This document shows, in pieces, positions 10,865 to 23,954 of a stretch of DNA of 64,000 bases. Position numbers and translations under genes: made by a program. The notes below the pieces were generated by a model that was not told where the DNA came from, ran no database searches, and saw only the letters and a program-made list of their open reading frames with translations. Numbering within the stretch: position 1 is the first letter of the stretch; each line of letters starts with the position of its first letter. Where the stretch lies: positions 1,426,001 to 1,490,000 of the forward strand of contig CATNEN010000032.1 of assembly GCA_950097015.1 (NCBI GenBank), given 5' to 3'. This DNA comes from Macrostomum hystrix (Eukaryota; Animalia; Platyhelminthes).

Positions 10865-13800
10865 ATGCAGGCCTGGCAGCTACCGCGCAGCAGAGATCGC
10901 AACTTGGACATCTTCGACAAGGCGCTCATCGGCTTTGAGCAGCGCCAGCAGCAGCAGCAGCAGCAGCAGCGTAGACTACAGAAGAGACAGCGCAAGCAGC
11001 TCAGGCCACAGAAGGCTTCCAAGCGAAGAATTATTAGCGCCAGCGAGACTCGTCTAACGGGGATCGAAGAGAGTAGCTTGCCGGTTGACAGCGAAGACGA
11101 AATGAGTCGGTGGGTTTGGGCTAGTGCTGCTTATTTTAACATTCTGAATCGCCTTAAGCAGAGACAAAGAGTTACTGACCGGGACCTTCTCTTGTGACTG
11201 ATTGTCTGGTAATTAAAATACTAAGAGTACAAGAGCCAAACTCAGTGAACAAAGCAAGTCCGTGTGAGACTGAACGCAGTTCTCTCCAAGCTATTCAATT
11301 CACAACTGGCCAATTTCAGAAGCTTTGAGTACAGCCAAAGAAGTGTCACCAGCAGCCATATCGGCGGTCAGCCAACGCCGCGGCGGGCTCACTCCAATGT
11401 CTCCGACGTGTGGGGCCACCGCGGCGGCTTCCAGCGCCAAGAGGTGTTCAGGCGCAGCTTCAGGCCAGTGCAGTCGGGCATTGGTCAGAGAGCGTTTCAT
11501 TCATACGTGAGCAGCGCTGGTTCCGGAGGCGCCGGAGCTGCAGCTCTGTATCAGCGGCCGCCGTCCGCTATTGCGCTGTCTGGTTCAGGCGCCGGCAGCA
11601 GCAGAAGTTACTTCGTCAGTGAGACGTCTTCGACAAGAGCAGGTGAAGACCTTGGCGTCGGCGGCAGGCATGGGGGTCGCCAGTCCGTGGCGGGATCGGC
11701 GTATTTCTCCGAGGGCCTCGTCATCAATCCTGGAGGTGCCACTCTGAACTCGTCTGTTATTAGAGAGCAGCAGCAGCAGCAGCAGCAGCACCCGCTGATT
11801 CGGCACGATTCCACGGGAAGTGTGGAGCGTGAGCTATTTTATCATCGGCTGAGGGATGGCAGCGAGGGCGGCGCCTTTGCGTCCAGCAACAGCCAGCAGC
11901 GCGAGGTAAATTTGAGACCGTCCAGTCCGATGCTGATGCTGACACATTCTCAGTCACTTTTGGTCTTACTGTCTAGTTTAAGTAGTCTGTTTAGAAAGCA
12001 AACAAACCCCTGGCCAGTCAAGGGGTGTAAGTTGCTGGCAAGCACTTGCGCCAAAGTCCTCCAGCACGAGTCTATAACGAGGCCACATTATAGTTTTAAG
12101 AGAAGGGTGAGAGAAGGCTTGTTGTTTTTTCTTGCAAACTAGAGGTTGGCCCTCTAGTTTTTTCTAGAGGGCCAACCTTCAAGGCACAGTGAGAATGTAC
12201 ACTGTGCCAGACGATGAAAAAGTCAGAGTGCGCCCACTCCCCTTTTGAGAATTACTTTTATTAGAACCCCACCCGTCAGGTGTCAGCAGGCGGCATGCCG
12301 ACCGAGAATGTGCACTCCGAGGGCTTCCTAATTCAGCGACGCTCCTTGGGTCGCTGGGACGGCCGCGGGGGCAGCAGCGGTGGCGGCATCTATGACGCGA
12401 GGCAGCAGGTCAGCCGTCAGGATCAGCTGTACCAGCATCAGCAGCAGCTGCAGACGGGCGAACACCCGGTGCTGAAAGTCCGCCAACCGTACCACATGAG
12501 CTTCCTCATGAGAAAGGAGGCGCCGGCTGTCGTGCACAGCGGCGGTGGAGAAGCCTCGATAGAGGAGCACATGGTCAGTGGCCACAGCAGTCAGAGAGTC
12601 ATTGGGGACGACCAGCAGCGTCAGTACCGCGAGGTCGTGTACTCTCAGCAGCACGGCAGTGCCGAGTCGCCAAGGGCGTTCGTGCCCTACAATGCCCAGA
12701 CCCAGACCCAGACAATGCTAGCCAGACAGGAGGGTGGCGGCGGCGGCTTCAGCACCATCAAGGAGGTCACCATCCGCAAGCAGCAGGCCAGCGACAAGTC
12801 TGCCGCAAACAAAAGCGGCGAGCTTGAAGCAGCGCTCAGCCGACTGGAGCTGAGCGAAAGCGGCAACGGAAATAAAACTGAGGAGACAACAAAGACCACC
12901 ACCACCACAACAAAGACTGTGCAAAATGACGAGTCCTCAGCGATCGGAGCCAGCTCAGCTGCGAATCACAGACAAAATCACAGACAGTCGACCGTGTCCA
13001 AAGTGTCCGTGCAGAACGAGAATCACGAGGAGGAGTCCACATACTTCTTAGACGGAGACCGGCTGCGCAAGAGAGTGAAGCACCGTCGATACAGAGACGG
13101 CCTGCTGATGGACGAAAAGGAGGAGGTGGTCAGCCTGACGGAGGCCGAGCAGCAAGATATAAAAGCACAGCGGCAGCAGTGGCAGCAAAACAGCACGAGC
13201 TGGGGGTGAGTGGCAGAGGAGTTAACGCGTTTGGTTCCCGCACCAAGGTCCCTGAGCTCGATTCTGCGGCGAGGCCACATTCATTTGGGGTTTAGCCGCT
13301 GAGAGAAGGCTTGGGGGCTTGTCGTGCAATTTACGCACCACTTGAGGATCGACGTCCAAGGGGCAGTGAAATTGTACACTGCCTGACTGATGAGAGTCAG
13401 GGCAGATGTACACAAGTATGCAGGTTCAGTAACTGAGTGCGTGTGTGCTCAGGAGCCAGTGGAATGGGCAGAATTGCTGTACCAGTGCTCAAAGTTCTCC
13501 TGAACTGGAATTTTCATTTAGCAGCACGAGCGCTGGCGCGGGGAAGACATCCTCGACGACAGCAGCCACGGCAACTTCCTCGACAGAGCAAGCGGTGACA
13601 CGGCAGCCAAAGAAGCGGTGCTGCGCCTGCTGCTTTCCGCGGCACAAGCGCTACAGGTCAACTCAAAACCAGTCGGCTACCCGGTCGAGCTGGACAACCC
13701 GGCGGGGAGCTGACGGCACGGTCGTGACAGAGACGACTACGACGACCACAGCAGCTGGCGACGCTCACGGCCAGCGGACCTCCACGACAACTCGGACGGA

Positions 13801-13918
13801 GAAGTCACGTGGCTGCTGCGGCGGACGCAAGAAGAAGAAGGATGGCCCGGTGGCGACCCGCGCAGAGCAGAACGGAAAGCGCAACGGCCTGCAGGTGGCC
13901 TTCGAGGAGCATCGCTAG
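10865..13918 (+). CDS. Low-complexity Q/S/G/T-rich protein of unknown function, ~717 aa, 4 exons
   Basis: Exons 10865-11109, 11320-11905, 12280-13205, 13522-13918 join in frame across GT-AG introns (2154 nt). GC-rich coding-like exons. True 5' end uncertain. Confidence 0.75.
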
Positions 13919-14125
13919 GACGCCACAGGAGGTAAATTTACCTGGGAGAATGAGCTGTGTGGACATGAGATTCCTGACTCCGACACGAAAACTCAACTGG
14001 TATCTTAATGGAAGATAAGTCTTTTTAATACTCTTTTTGGTCGAATGTACTCGTAGTTCTATAATATTACTGCTTTTCTTAAGTGTTTCAGCTGTAATCA
14101 TCAAGAGTGCATGTGTACATTAAAG

Positions 14126-14235
14126 AACACAATGATGCGGTCCAGTTTCCACTTGATGAACACAATGGTGCAGTCCAGTTTCCACTTGATAAACACAATG
14201 ATCGGGTCCAGTTTCCACTTAAAGAATACAATAAT
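14126..14235. repeat. Short ~33-bp tandem repeat, 3-4 copies
   Basis: AACACAATG..G.CCAGTTTCCACTT recurs near 14126, 14160, 14192. Confidence 0.75.
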
Positions 14236-16043
14236 GGGTCCAGCTTAATGTTTTTTGCGCCAAATGCAGTATAATGAGATGTAAACCCACCATACCTACT
14301 TATTTATGGCTTGTTATATTGAGTATAAACCAATTGTATTCCTTTTAAGTGGCACTTAATCATTTGCTGCTGTTCTGATTTATTCTGGAGAATATACAAA
14401 CGGAAATATATTTTCACAATTTAAGTAGTCCGTGTTGCAAAAATATTGCTTTATCCTAAGCAAAGATAAAATAAAAGAAAACTAATATACTCTTCTGAAC
14501 GATCCAAGCTTCGTTGCTAAGGGCTGTTGTTAAGCACAGACACCAGATTATTTCAATTGTGTATAATAAATATCTAAGCGCGGATGTATTTTAGATAAAA
14601 CTACGAACAATGGCTCCAACAGAATTGAAAAAGAAACTTTGTAAACGTTATAATATATTGTGGGGCAGGTTTTAGGAAATAGTGAATGATTAAAGTAGCA
14701 GTGTGTGTGTGTATATAGCGAATGTAGGAGTGCTTACAAAGACTGCATTTCTAGTAAGAGCAGCCCATAACAACAGAAAATATGATGGAAAAAGCTAACA
14801 CAGGAAATGAGGAAAATATCTAACGTCACTTATGGCATGTACTCCGGACTGGTAAAACTAAAACAAAGGGCCTTTCCAATCAGAGCGCATTCGATTAAAG
14901 AAAAGGACTTAGAAAAGTCAACTATGAGACTTGTAAAAAAAGATTGTGACACACTGACCAATTAAAAGTCATGGACAAAATGGAATATCGCTGCGAGTAT
15001 AAAACGATTTATTTAAACGGAAAGTCTGCTTTCGTAGAAAAATCTAATAGTAACGATTCAAGCTGCGATTCCTGCTTCGATTCCACCTTTGATTCTAGAT
15101 TCCTGTCGCTAAATTATCATTAAGTGCGCCTGCACTTTCCCCCTTCATGCATTATCTTCGCTGCCTCCCCACTTTATCTTTAATTTGTTCCGCCCCACCC
15201 CCACCGCATGTACGCCACCCCTCTCGCGGTGCTCATCTCTTATCTTTCTCTTCGCCACGCCCCCCGCTTCTCTTTATAATGAAATAAAATCGATAAACAT
15301 GGTTGCGCGGCTTCTCGCTACTTATCTTAGCACGTACGGGCTCTCGGTCCGCGTCTCACGTTCATTAACATCAACAACAACCAAGCGTTGTTCAAGCCTC
15401 TCTTAAATTTGCGTGTAAAGTCACAACCCTTCCTGCTTCGATTCCTCTTTCATACCAGATACGATTCCACCTTTGATTCTTTTTTATGAGTCGTGCTTCG
15501 ATTCTAGATAGGATTCCAATTTCGACTCCAGCTGCGATTTCAGATAAATGTAATTGTCTAGCTAGCAATAGGTTTATTGTTAGTGACGAAAACTCAAATG
15601 ACAATCAATAATAAAGCATAGAGTTAGTATAAAGCTAGTCCGAATAGTGCATAATCAAGCGCTTGTGACCATGTTCTCAACAGGCAATAGCACACATTGT
15701 AGAATGGCAGACTCGGCACAGCTGAGCTCACAATTCACAAAAATGTTAACGATAGGCAAACAGAAAACGGGACGTAACTGGAAACATCGACAACGATTTA
15801 GCGATGAATTTGAGAAGGGCTAGAAATTTTATTCAACGGATTCTTATTAGCGACACACTTAGAAAAAGTATTATTAGTAGTATTGTTGAATATTGATACT
15901 CATTAAATATTTGTAGACTATAGCTATGCAGAAGAATCAAACATTGGTAATTGGCATTAGGCCTTCTTTATCGGATCATAAAAAGTTCCCGACAAAAAAT
16001 GGGATAAAAATCCCAGACTGGCCCTTTAAGATTCGGCAGTCGT

Positions 16044-19000
16044 TCACCAGAGACTGCCCGAGCTGGCACCGCCGGGCGGCTGGTGGGTCCTAATCCCCGA
16101 TCTGGCCGGCCTGGTATCGTCAAACTGGGCGCCGGACAGGCTGAACGAGCTCTCCTGCATGTGGCGCCCGCCGCCGCGAGTTGGCGGCCGATGGTGAATG
16201 TCTTCGCTAGCCGCCGCTGCGGCGCCAGCGGCTCCGGCCAAGCCGCCATGGCCAGCTGCCTGATCGGCGGCGGACTGGCGCTCTCGTTCGGCCTTCAGGT
16301 CGATAACCGGTCCGTCGTAGGCGTCCCTGGCAACGGCTACCGTGGCAGCCGATCGGGCCTGGAATTGAACCGCACCGAAAGGCTGGCGTCTGTCTAACAG
16401 GCTGGCGTCTGTCTAACAGGCTGGTGTCTGTCTAACACGCTGGCGTCTGTCTAACAGGCTGGCGTCTGTCTAACACGCTGGCGTCTGTCTAACAGGCTGG
16501 TGTCTGTCTAACAGGCTGGTGTCTGTCTAACAGGCTGGTGTCTGTCTAACAGGCTGGCGTCTGTCTAACAGGCTGGTTTCTGTCTAACAGGCTGGTGTCT
16601 GCATTACATGTTGTTATCTGTCTAACATGTTGTTATCTGTCTAACATGTTGTTATCTGTCTAACATGTTGTTATCTGTCTAACATGTTGTTATCTGTCTA
16701 ACATGTTGTTATCTGTCTAACATGTTGTTATCTGTCTAACATGTTGCTCTGTCTAACATGTTGTTATCTGTCTAACATGTTGTTATCTGTCTAACATGTT
16801 GTTATCTGTCTAACATGTTGTTATCTGTCTAACATGTTGTTATCTGTCTAACATGTTGTTATCTGTCTAACATGTTGTTATCTGTCTAACATGTTGTTAT
16901 CTGTCTAACATGTTGTTCAGATATAAAAGTTGTTATCTGTCTAACAGGCTGTTGCCTCACCTGTTCTCGCTTTTCAATGCGGCCGTACACGTAGGGCGGG
17001 AAGGCTGGCATGGAGACGAAGCGGCCGGCCCCCTGCGTCACCTTCAATTGGCGCTCGTCCACCACAAGACGGCCGCCGCTGATGACAAACTCGGCGACGC
17101 CGTGGCATACCATGCCTTCGAAGATGTTGAAATCAACATTCTGGTGGTGCGTCTTGGCCGAGATGGTCCTAACCGATAGAGCAGTGCCGTAATTCGTCCA
17201 TTAACTCCGTATTTAAACTACTTTAAGAGACATTTCCACACTGTTGGCATCTCATACCGATTTTGGGATCTAAAGAACTGAACTCAAAGCGCAACTGAGC
17301 TTTAAAGTTTTGGGAACATAGGGATTTAAAAGTTTTGGGAACATAGGGATTTAAAAGTTTTGGGAACATAGGGATTTAAAAGTTTTGGAACATAGGGATT
17401 TAAAAGTTTTGGAACATTGGGATTTAAAAGTTTTGGAACATTGGGATTTAAAAGTTTTGGAACATTGGGATTTAAAAGTTTTGGAACATTGGGATTTAAA
17501 AGTTTTGGAACATTGGGATTTAAAAGTTTTGGAACATAGGGATTTAAAAGTTTTGGAACATTGGGATTTAAAAGTTTTGGAACATTGGGATTTAAAAGTT
17601 TTGGAACATAGGGATTTAAAAGTTTTGGAACATTGGGATTTAAAAGTTTTGGAACATTGGGATTTAAAAGTTTTGGAACATAGGGATTTAAAAGTTTTGG
17701 AACATTGGGATTTAAAAGTTTTGGAACATTGGGATTTAAAATTTTCGGCGAAATAGGGATTTAAAAGCGTTGGGATTATCAGGGTTTGAAAGTTTAGGGA
17801 TTATCAGGATTTAAACGTTGTAAGATCACAGGGATTTAAAATGTTTGTAATCATCGGGATTTTTAATGCCGAGATTTATACAGGTTTTTGAGCATTGGTT
17901 TTGGTGTTTCAACTACTGGCATAATAGGCATATTTAAGTATATGAGAACGTCGGAGTGTAAGATAACTGGGATGACCTCACCTGGTAGCGCTGGGGTTCC
18001 AAACGACAATGTCGGCATCCGAGCCGACAGCAATGCGGCCCTTCTGCGGATAGAGATTGAACACCTTGGCCGCGTTGGTCGAGGTGACAGCCACGAACTG
18101 GCAGGGGTCGAGGATGCCGGACTCGACTCCCTTTTCCCAAATTACGCTCATGCGATCCTCAACGCCGTTAACGCCGTTGGGAATGCGCCTGAAGTCATCC
18201 TTGCCGAGGGCCTTCTGGTCGGCCTTGAACACGCAGTGGTCGGTGCCGGTGCAGGTGAGCTCACCTGTGGCCAGCATGCGCAGCAGGCGCTCCTTCGTGT
18301 TGGGATCGCGCAGCGGCGGGCTGAGTACGTGACCGGCGGCGTGGCGCCAGCAGGTGTGCTTGCGGGATTTGAGAATGCAATTTATCCAGTTTTTAGGGAA
18401 TTGTCAACTAGAGTTAGGAATTAAATAGGGAAATATCCAGTGAGGTTGGGAATTATCTAGTGAGGTTGGGAATTATCTAGTGAGGTTGGGAATTATCTAG
18501 TGAGGTTGGGAATTATCTACTGAGATTGGGAAGTATAAGGATTTTTCCAGAGAAATTGGGGTTTATCCAGTAAAATAGGGGTTTATCTAGTGAAATGGGG
18601 TTTACCCAGTGAAATAGGGGTTTATCGAGTGAAATAGGGGTTTATCGAGTGAAATAGGGGTTTATCGAGTGAAATAGGGGTTTATCGAGTGAAATAGGGG
18701 TTTATCGAGTGAAATAGGGGTTTATACAGTAAATTAGGGGTTTATCAAGTGAAATGGGGTTTACCCAGTAAAATAGGGTTTATCCAGTGAAATAGGGGTT
18801 TACCCAGTAAAATAGGGTTTATCCAGTGAAATAGGGGTCTTTCCAGTGAAATTGGGGTTCATCCAGTGAAATAGGGGTTTATCCAGTGAAATAGGGGTTT
18901 ATCCAGTGAAACAGGGGTTTACCCAGTAAAATAGGATTTATCAAAGTGAAATAGGGGTCTTTCCAGTGAAATTGGGGTTTATCCAGTGAAACAGGGGTTT

Positions 19001-22000
19001 ACCCAGTAAAATAGGGTTTATCCAGTGAAATAGGGGTCTTTCCAGTGATATTGGGGTTTATCCAGTGAAATAGGGGTTTATCGAGTGAAGTAGGGGTTTA
19101 TCGAGTGAAATAGGGGTTTATCGAGTGAAATAGGGGTTTATACAGTAAATTAGGGGTTTATCTAGTGAAATAAGGTTTACCCAGTAAAATAGGGTTTATC
19201 CAGTGAAATAGGGGTCTTTCCAGTGAAATTGGGGTTTATCCAGTGAAATAGGGGTTTATCCAGTGAAACAGGGGTTTACCCAGTAAAATAGGGTTTATCC
19301 AGTGAAATAGGGGTCTTTCCAGTGAAATAGGGGTTTATCCAGTGAAGTAGGGGTTTATCCAGTGAAATAGGGGTCTTTCCAGTGATATTGGGGTTTATCC
19401 AGTGAAATAGGGGTTTATCGAGTGAAATAGGGGTTTATCGAGTGAAATAGGGGTTCATCGAGTGAAATAGGGGTTTATCGAGTGAAATAGGGGTTTATCG
19501 AGTGAAATAGGGGTTTATACAGTAAATTAGGGGTTTATCAAGTGAAATGGGGTTTACCCAGTAAAATAGGGTTTATCCAGTGAAATAGGGGTTTACCCAG
19601 TAAAATAGGGTTTATCCAGTGAAATAGGGGTCTTTCCAGTGAAATTGGGGTTCATCCAGTGAAATAGGGGTTTATCCAGTGAAATAGGGGTTTATCCAGT
19701 GAAACAGGGGTTTACCCAGTAAAATAGGATTTATCAAAGTGAAATAGGGGTCTTTCCAGTGAAATTGGGGTTTATCCAGTGAAACAGGGGTTTACCCAGT
19801 AAAATAGGGTTTATCAAAGTGAAATAGGGGTCTTTCCAGTGAAATTGGGGTTTATCCAGTGAAACAGGGGTTTACCCAGTAAAATAGGGTTTATCCAGTG
19901 AAATAGGGGTCTTTCCAGTGATATTGGGGTTTATCCAGTGAAATAGGGGTTTATCGAGTGAAATAGGGGTTTATCGAGTGAAATAGGGGTTTATCGAGTG
20001 AAATAGGGGTTTATCGAGTGAAATAGGGGCTTATCGAGTGAAATAGGGGTTTATACAGTAAATTAGGGGTTTATCTAGTGAAATAAGGTTCACCCAGTAA
20101 AATAGGGTTTATCCAGTGAAATAGGGGTCTTTCCAGTGAAATTGGGGTTTATCCAGTGAAATAGGGGTTTATCCAGTGAAACAGGGGTTTACCCAGTAAA
20201 ATAGGGTTTATCCAGTGAAATAGGGGTCTTTCCAGTGAAATAGGGGTTTATCCAGTGAAGTAGGGGTTTATCCAGTGAAATAGGGGTCTTTCCAGTGATA
20301 TTGGGGTTTATCCAGTGAAATAGGGGTTTATCGAGTGAAATAGGGGTTTATCGAGTGAAATAGGGGTTTATCGAGTGAAATAGGGGTTTATCGAGTGAAA
20401 TAGGGGTTTATCGAGTGAAATAGGGGTTTATCGAGTGAAATAGGGGTTTATCGAGTGAAATAGGGGTTTATACAGTAAATTAGGGGTTTATCTAGTGAAA
20501 TAAGGTTTACCCAGTAAAATAGGGTTTATCCAGTGAAATAGGGGTTTATCGAGTGAAATAGGGGTTTTTCCTGTGAAATGTGGGTTTATCGAGTGAAATA
20601 GGGGTTTATCGAGTGAAATAGGGGTTTATCGAGTAAATTAGGGGTTTATCGAGTGAAATAGGGGTTTATCGAGTGAAATAGGGGTTTATCGAGTAAATTA
20701 GGGGTTTATCGAGTGAAATAGGGGTTTATCGAGTAAATTAGGGGTTTATCGAGTGAAATAGGGGTTTATCGAGTAAATTAGGGGTTTATCGAGTGAAATA
20801 GGGGTTTATGGAGTGAAATAGGGGTTTTTCCTGTGAAATGGGGTTTTTCCAATGAAATAGGGCTTTATCCAGTGAAATAGGGGTTTATCCAGTGAAATAG
20901 GGGTTTATCCAGCTAAAAGCTGGTCCTCTCCACTCACCTGGTAGCTGGAGTTGTCGCAGGCCAGGCCAGCAGCAATGGGCTCACCGTAGCAAACCTGGCC
21001 GCGCCGCCTAGCATTGGAAATGGCCTCGCCTGCCTCCGCGCTCATCACGTGCACCACGTACAGCGGACAGTTGGCCTCGTCGGCGATGGCCAGGGCGCGC
21101 ATTGTGGCCTCGATCTCGAGGGACTCCGGGCGAGAATAAGAGTGACCCTCGGGACCGCATACGCCATCGGCCACCAGCTGGTCAGCCTTGCGCTCAATGA
21201 TCTGATTAACAATAGGAAACAGTTGTAGTTCTACTGTATTTTTGTAATCGTATTGGCATTTATGAAATTGATTTGGGATTTATGAAATGAATTTGGGATT
21301 TATGTAATGAATTTGGGATTTATGAAACTGATTTGGGATTTATGTAACGAAATGTGGATTTATGCTATGAATATAGTAATTTTGTCATTTTGAATTTTTT
21401 ACTTTGGGATTTATCGATGTTTTTAATATCCCGCAAGTGACTTTCTTTGCGAACCTTTCCGTTCTCGGCGTGGACCTGGGCCACAGCGCCGAGCTTCCTG
21501 CAGGCCTGGAAGACGTTCAGCATCTCGTCGTCCTCAAGCAGGAAGACATTCCTGTAGGCCATGAAGCATTTGAAGGAATTGATGCCCTTCTCTCGCACCA
21601 GGGTGGCCATCTCGTCGCTCGTCTTGTCGCTCCATTGCGGCACAATCACGTGCAGGCCGTAGTCGCAGCAGACTTTTTCGTCGGCCCAGGCGCGGTACTT
21701 GGTGTACCAGTCCAGCAGGGAGTCGCCCCTGGGGCAGGCAACAAAGTCGATGATCATTGTGGTGCCGCCGGCCAGGGCGGCCCGGGTGCCAGTGTAGAAG
21801 TCATCGGCCGAATGAGTGCCCATGAATGGCATCTGCATGTGCGTGTGCGGATCGATTCCACCTGGGGTGCGAGTGGAGGGTTTCAGCACTCATTACTTAT
21901 TGGGTAGAGTCCTGCCTGAGGACCTGAATGATGTACAGTTAAATCTCAGGACCTGAAGGGTGTACAGTTAAATCTCAGGACCTGAAGGATGTACAGTTAA

Positions 22001-23735
22001 ATCTCAGGACCTGAAGGATGTACAGTTAAATCTCAGGACCTGAAGGGTGTACAGTTAAATCTCAGGACCTGAAGGATGTACAGTTAAATCTCAGGACCTG
22101 AAGGATGTAAAGTTAAATCTGAGGACCTGAAGGATGTACAGTTAAATCTGAGGACCTGAAGGATGTAAAGTTAAATCTCAGGACCTGAAGGATGTAAAGT
22201 TAAATCTGAGGACCTGAAGGATGTACAGTTAAATCTGAGGACCTGAAGGATGTACAGTTAAATCTCAGGACCTGAAGGATGTAAAGTTAAATCTGAGGAC
22301 CTGAAGGATGTACAGTTAAATCTGAGGACCTGAAGGATGTAAAGTTAAATCTGAGGACCTGAAGGATGTAAAGTTAAATCTGAGGACCTGAAGGATGTAA
22401 AGTTAAATCTGAGGACCTGAAGGATGTACAGTTAAATCTCAGGACCTGAAGGATGTACAGTTAAACCTGAGGACCCGAAGCTGACAGTCCAACCCGAGGA
22501 CCTGAAGCTGACAGTTCAACCTGAGGACCTGAAGGGTGTACAGTTAAATCTCAGGACCTGAAGGATGTACAGTTAAACCTGAGGACCCGAAGCTGACAGT
22601 CCAACCCGAGGACCTGAAGCTGACAGTTCAACCTGAGGACCTGAAGGGTGTACAGTTAAATCTCAGGACCTGAAGGATGTACAGTTAAACCTGAGGACCC
22701 GAAGCTGACAGTCCAACCTGAGAACCTGAAGCTGACAGTCCAACCCGAGGACCTGAAGCTGACAGTTCAACCTGAGGACCCGAAGCTGACAGTTCAACCT
22801 GAGAACCTGAAGTTGACAGTCCAACCTGAGAACCTGAAGCTGACAGTCCAACCCGAGGACCTGAAGCTGACAGTTCAACCTGAGGACCTGAAGTTGACAG
22901 TCCAACCTGAGAACCTGAAGCTGACAGTCCAACCCGAGGACCTGAAGCTGACAGTCCAACCCGAGGACCTGAAGTTGACAGTCCAACCTGAGAACCTGAA
23001 GCTGACAGTCCAACCCGAGGACCTGAAGCTGACAGTTCAACCCGAGGACCTGAAGCTGACAGTTCAACCTGAGGACCTGAAGCTGACAGTTCAACCTGAG
23101 GACCTGAAGCTGACAGTCCAACCTGAGGACCTGAAGCTGACAGTTCAACCTGAGGACCTAAAGCTGACTGTACAACCTGAGGACCTGATGGTATTAAATC
23201 TTTATTTGAGGACTTTCTGCAGACTAGAGGCAGCTAGTTATTAAAATTGTAAGTTCGAGTTGTAGCCTAGAGGTTAAAGCATCGGGCTTACGACTTGAAG
23301 GTCCGGAGTTCGATTCCCGACCCAACTAGGGTTTCAGAGAAAAATTTCACTCCACTCCCAACTCTACTAGAAAAAAATTTGTGTCCTTTAGCAAGACACT
23401 TAACTCTGCATTGTTTCAATTCACCAAACTGTTAAATGGGCACCAGCATCAGCTGGAGCAAATGAGGGAGGGTGTGGCGTCCCCCCAATCCATGAAAGGC
23501 CTGAGCACTTACCTGGCATGACGAGCATCCCGGCTGCCTCAATAGTGCGCACTCCGCCTGGCGTAAGCAGCCCGGTGCCAATCTGCTTGACGACGCCGTC
23601 CTCAACGTAAACATCCGCCTCCTGAATGCCGTCGTCGTTAACCACCTTGCCGCCCTTGATTAGCAACCGATTCTGGGACGACTGCACGTGATGGGCCAGC
23701 TTGTTAACGCCGATTTGAACCTTTGCATCATTCAT
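16044..23735 (-). CDS. DPYS: Dihydropyrimidinase with CRMP-like C-terminal tail (DHP/CRMP family), 597 aa, 6 exons
   Basis: Exons 23735-23513, 21861-21455, 21201-20938, 18358-17982, 17168-16961, 16358-16044 splice in phase (1794 nt). [20 protein letters not shown] (carbamylated Lys), [25 protein letters not shown]; tail [13 protein letters not shown]...PPGG. Confidence 0.95.
16380..16950. repeat. Two adjoining 19-20-bp minisatellites (AACAGGCTGGCGTCTGTCT then AACATGTTGTTATCTGTCT) in DPYS intron 5
   Basis: Read directly; units share TCTGTCTAAC. Confidence 0.93.
17290..17790. repeat. 24-bp minisatellite (GGGATTTAAAAGTTTTGGAACATT) in DPYS intron 4
   Basis: Period 24; accounts for the EHWDLKVL-repeat ORF. 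Confidence 0.95.
18430..20910. repeat. ~20-bp satellite (GTGAAATAGGGGTTTATCCA) array, ~2.5 kb, in DPYS intron 3
   Basis: Period ~19-20 with recurring variant blocks. Confidence 0.96.
21265..21365. repeat. 20-bp repeat (GATTTGGGATTTATGAAAT-like), ~4-5 copies, in DPYS intron 2
   Basis: Read directly. Confidence 0.8.
21915..23190. repeat. Compound minisatellite: 29-bp unit grading into 27-bp unit, DPYS intron 1
   Basis: GTACAGTTAAATCTCAGGACCTGAAGGAT (~21915-22450) and CTGACAGTCCAACCCGAGGACCTGAAG (~22700-23190), interleaved between. Confidence 0.95.
23254..23500 (+). mobile_element. tRNA-derived SINE with CORE-like domain, copy 1
   Basis: A box TAGCCTAGAGG, B box GTTCGATTCC, then GTGTCCTTTAGCAAGACACTTAAC...CTGTTAAATGGG; body homologous to 45981-46180. 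Confidence 0.8.
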
Positions 23736-23954
23736 TGCTTCGCTTGCAGTTTTAAGTTGCCGATGCGTTGAAAATTCGGATTGTAATTAGGAAGATTAAA
23801 ACTGGAATTTAGAGTTTGTATATGGATACTTTGAATTTGCTTTAAAGTGCAAGCATTCCTATGTAGATTATTAGAGTACCTTTCTCAGAACGACAAATGT
23901 TCCCATTTGATTTCATAAAAAATATATAACTGACAGGCTCTAAATCAAGACATT

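Noticed and set aside
14600-15000. Possible decayed GIY-YIG fragment
   Set aside because: Multiple stops and only a weak VY..C pattern; cannot be supported.
17385-17756. Repeat-protein ORF (EHWDLKVL)n
   Set aside because: Translation of a 24-bp intronic minisatellite, antisense to DPYS.
18430-20910. Telomere-like array
   Set aside because: The unit is 20 bp and contains only an incidental TAGGGG; it is not (TTAGGG)n.
22663-23244. ORFs on both strands (LTVQPEDLK)n / (CQLQVLRLD)n
   Set aside because: Stop-free 27-bp intronic repeat with no unique coding flanks.
23254-23330. tRNA-Val gene (also 45981-46052)
   Set aside because: A and B boxes are present, but acceptor and T stems are mismatched and both continue into a shared SINE body.
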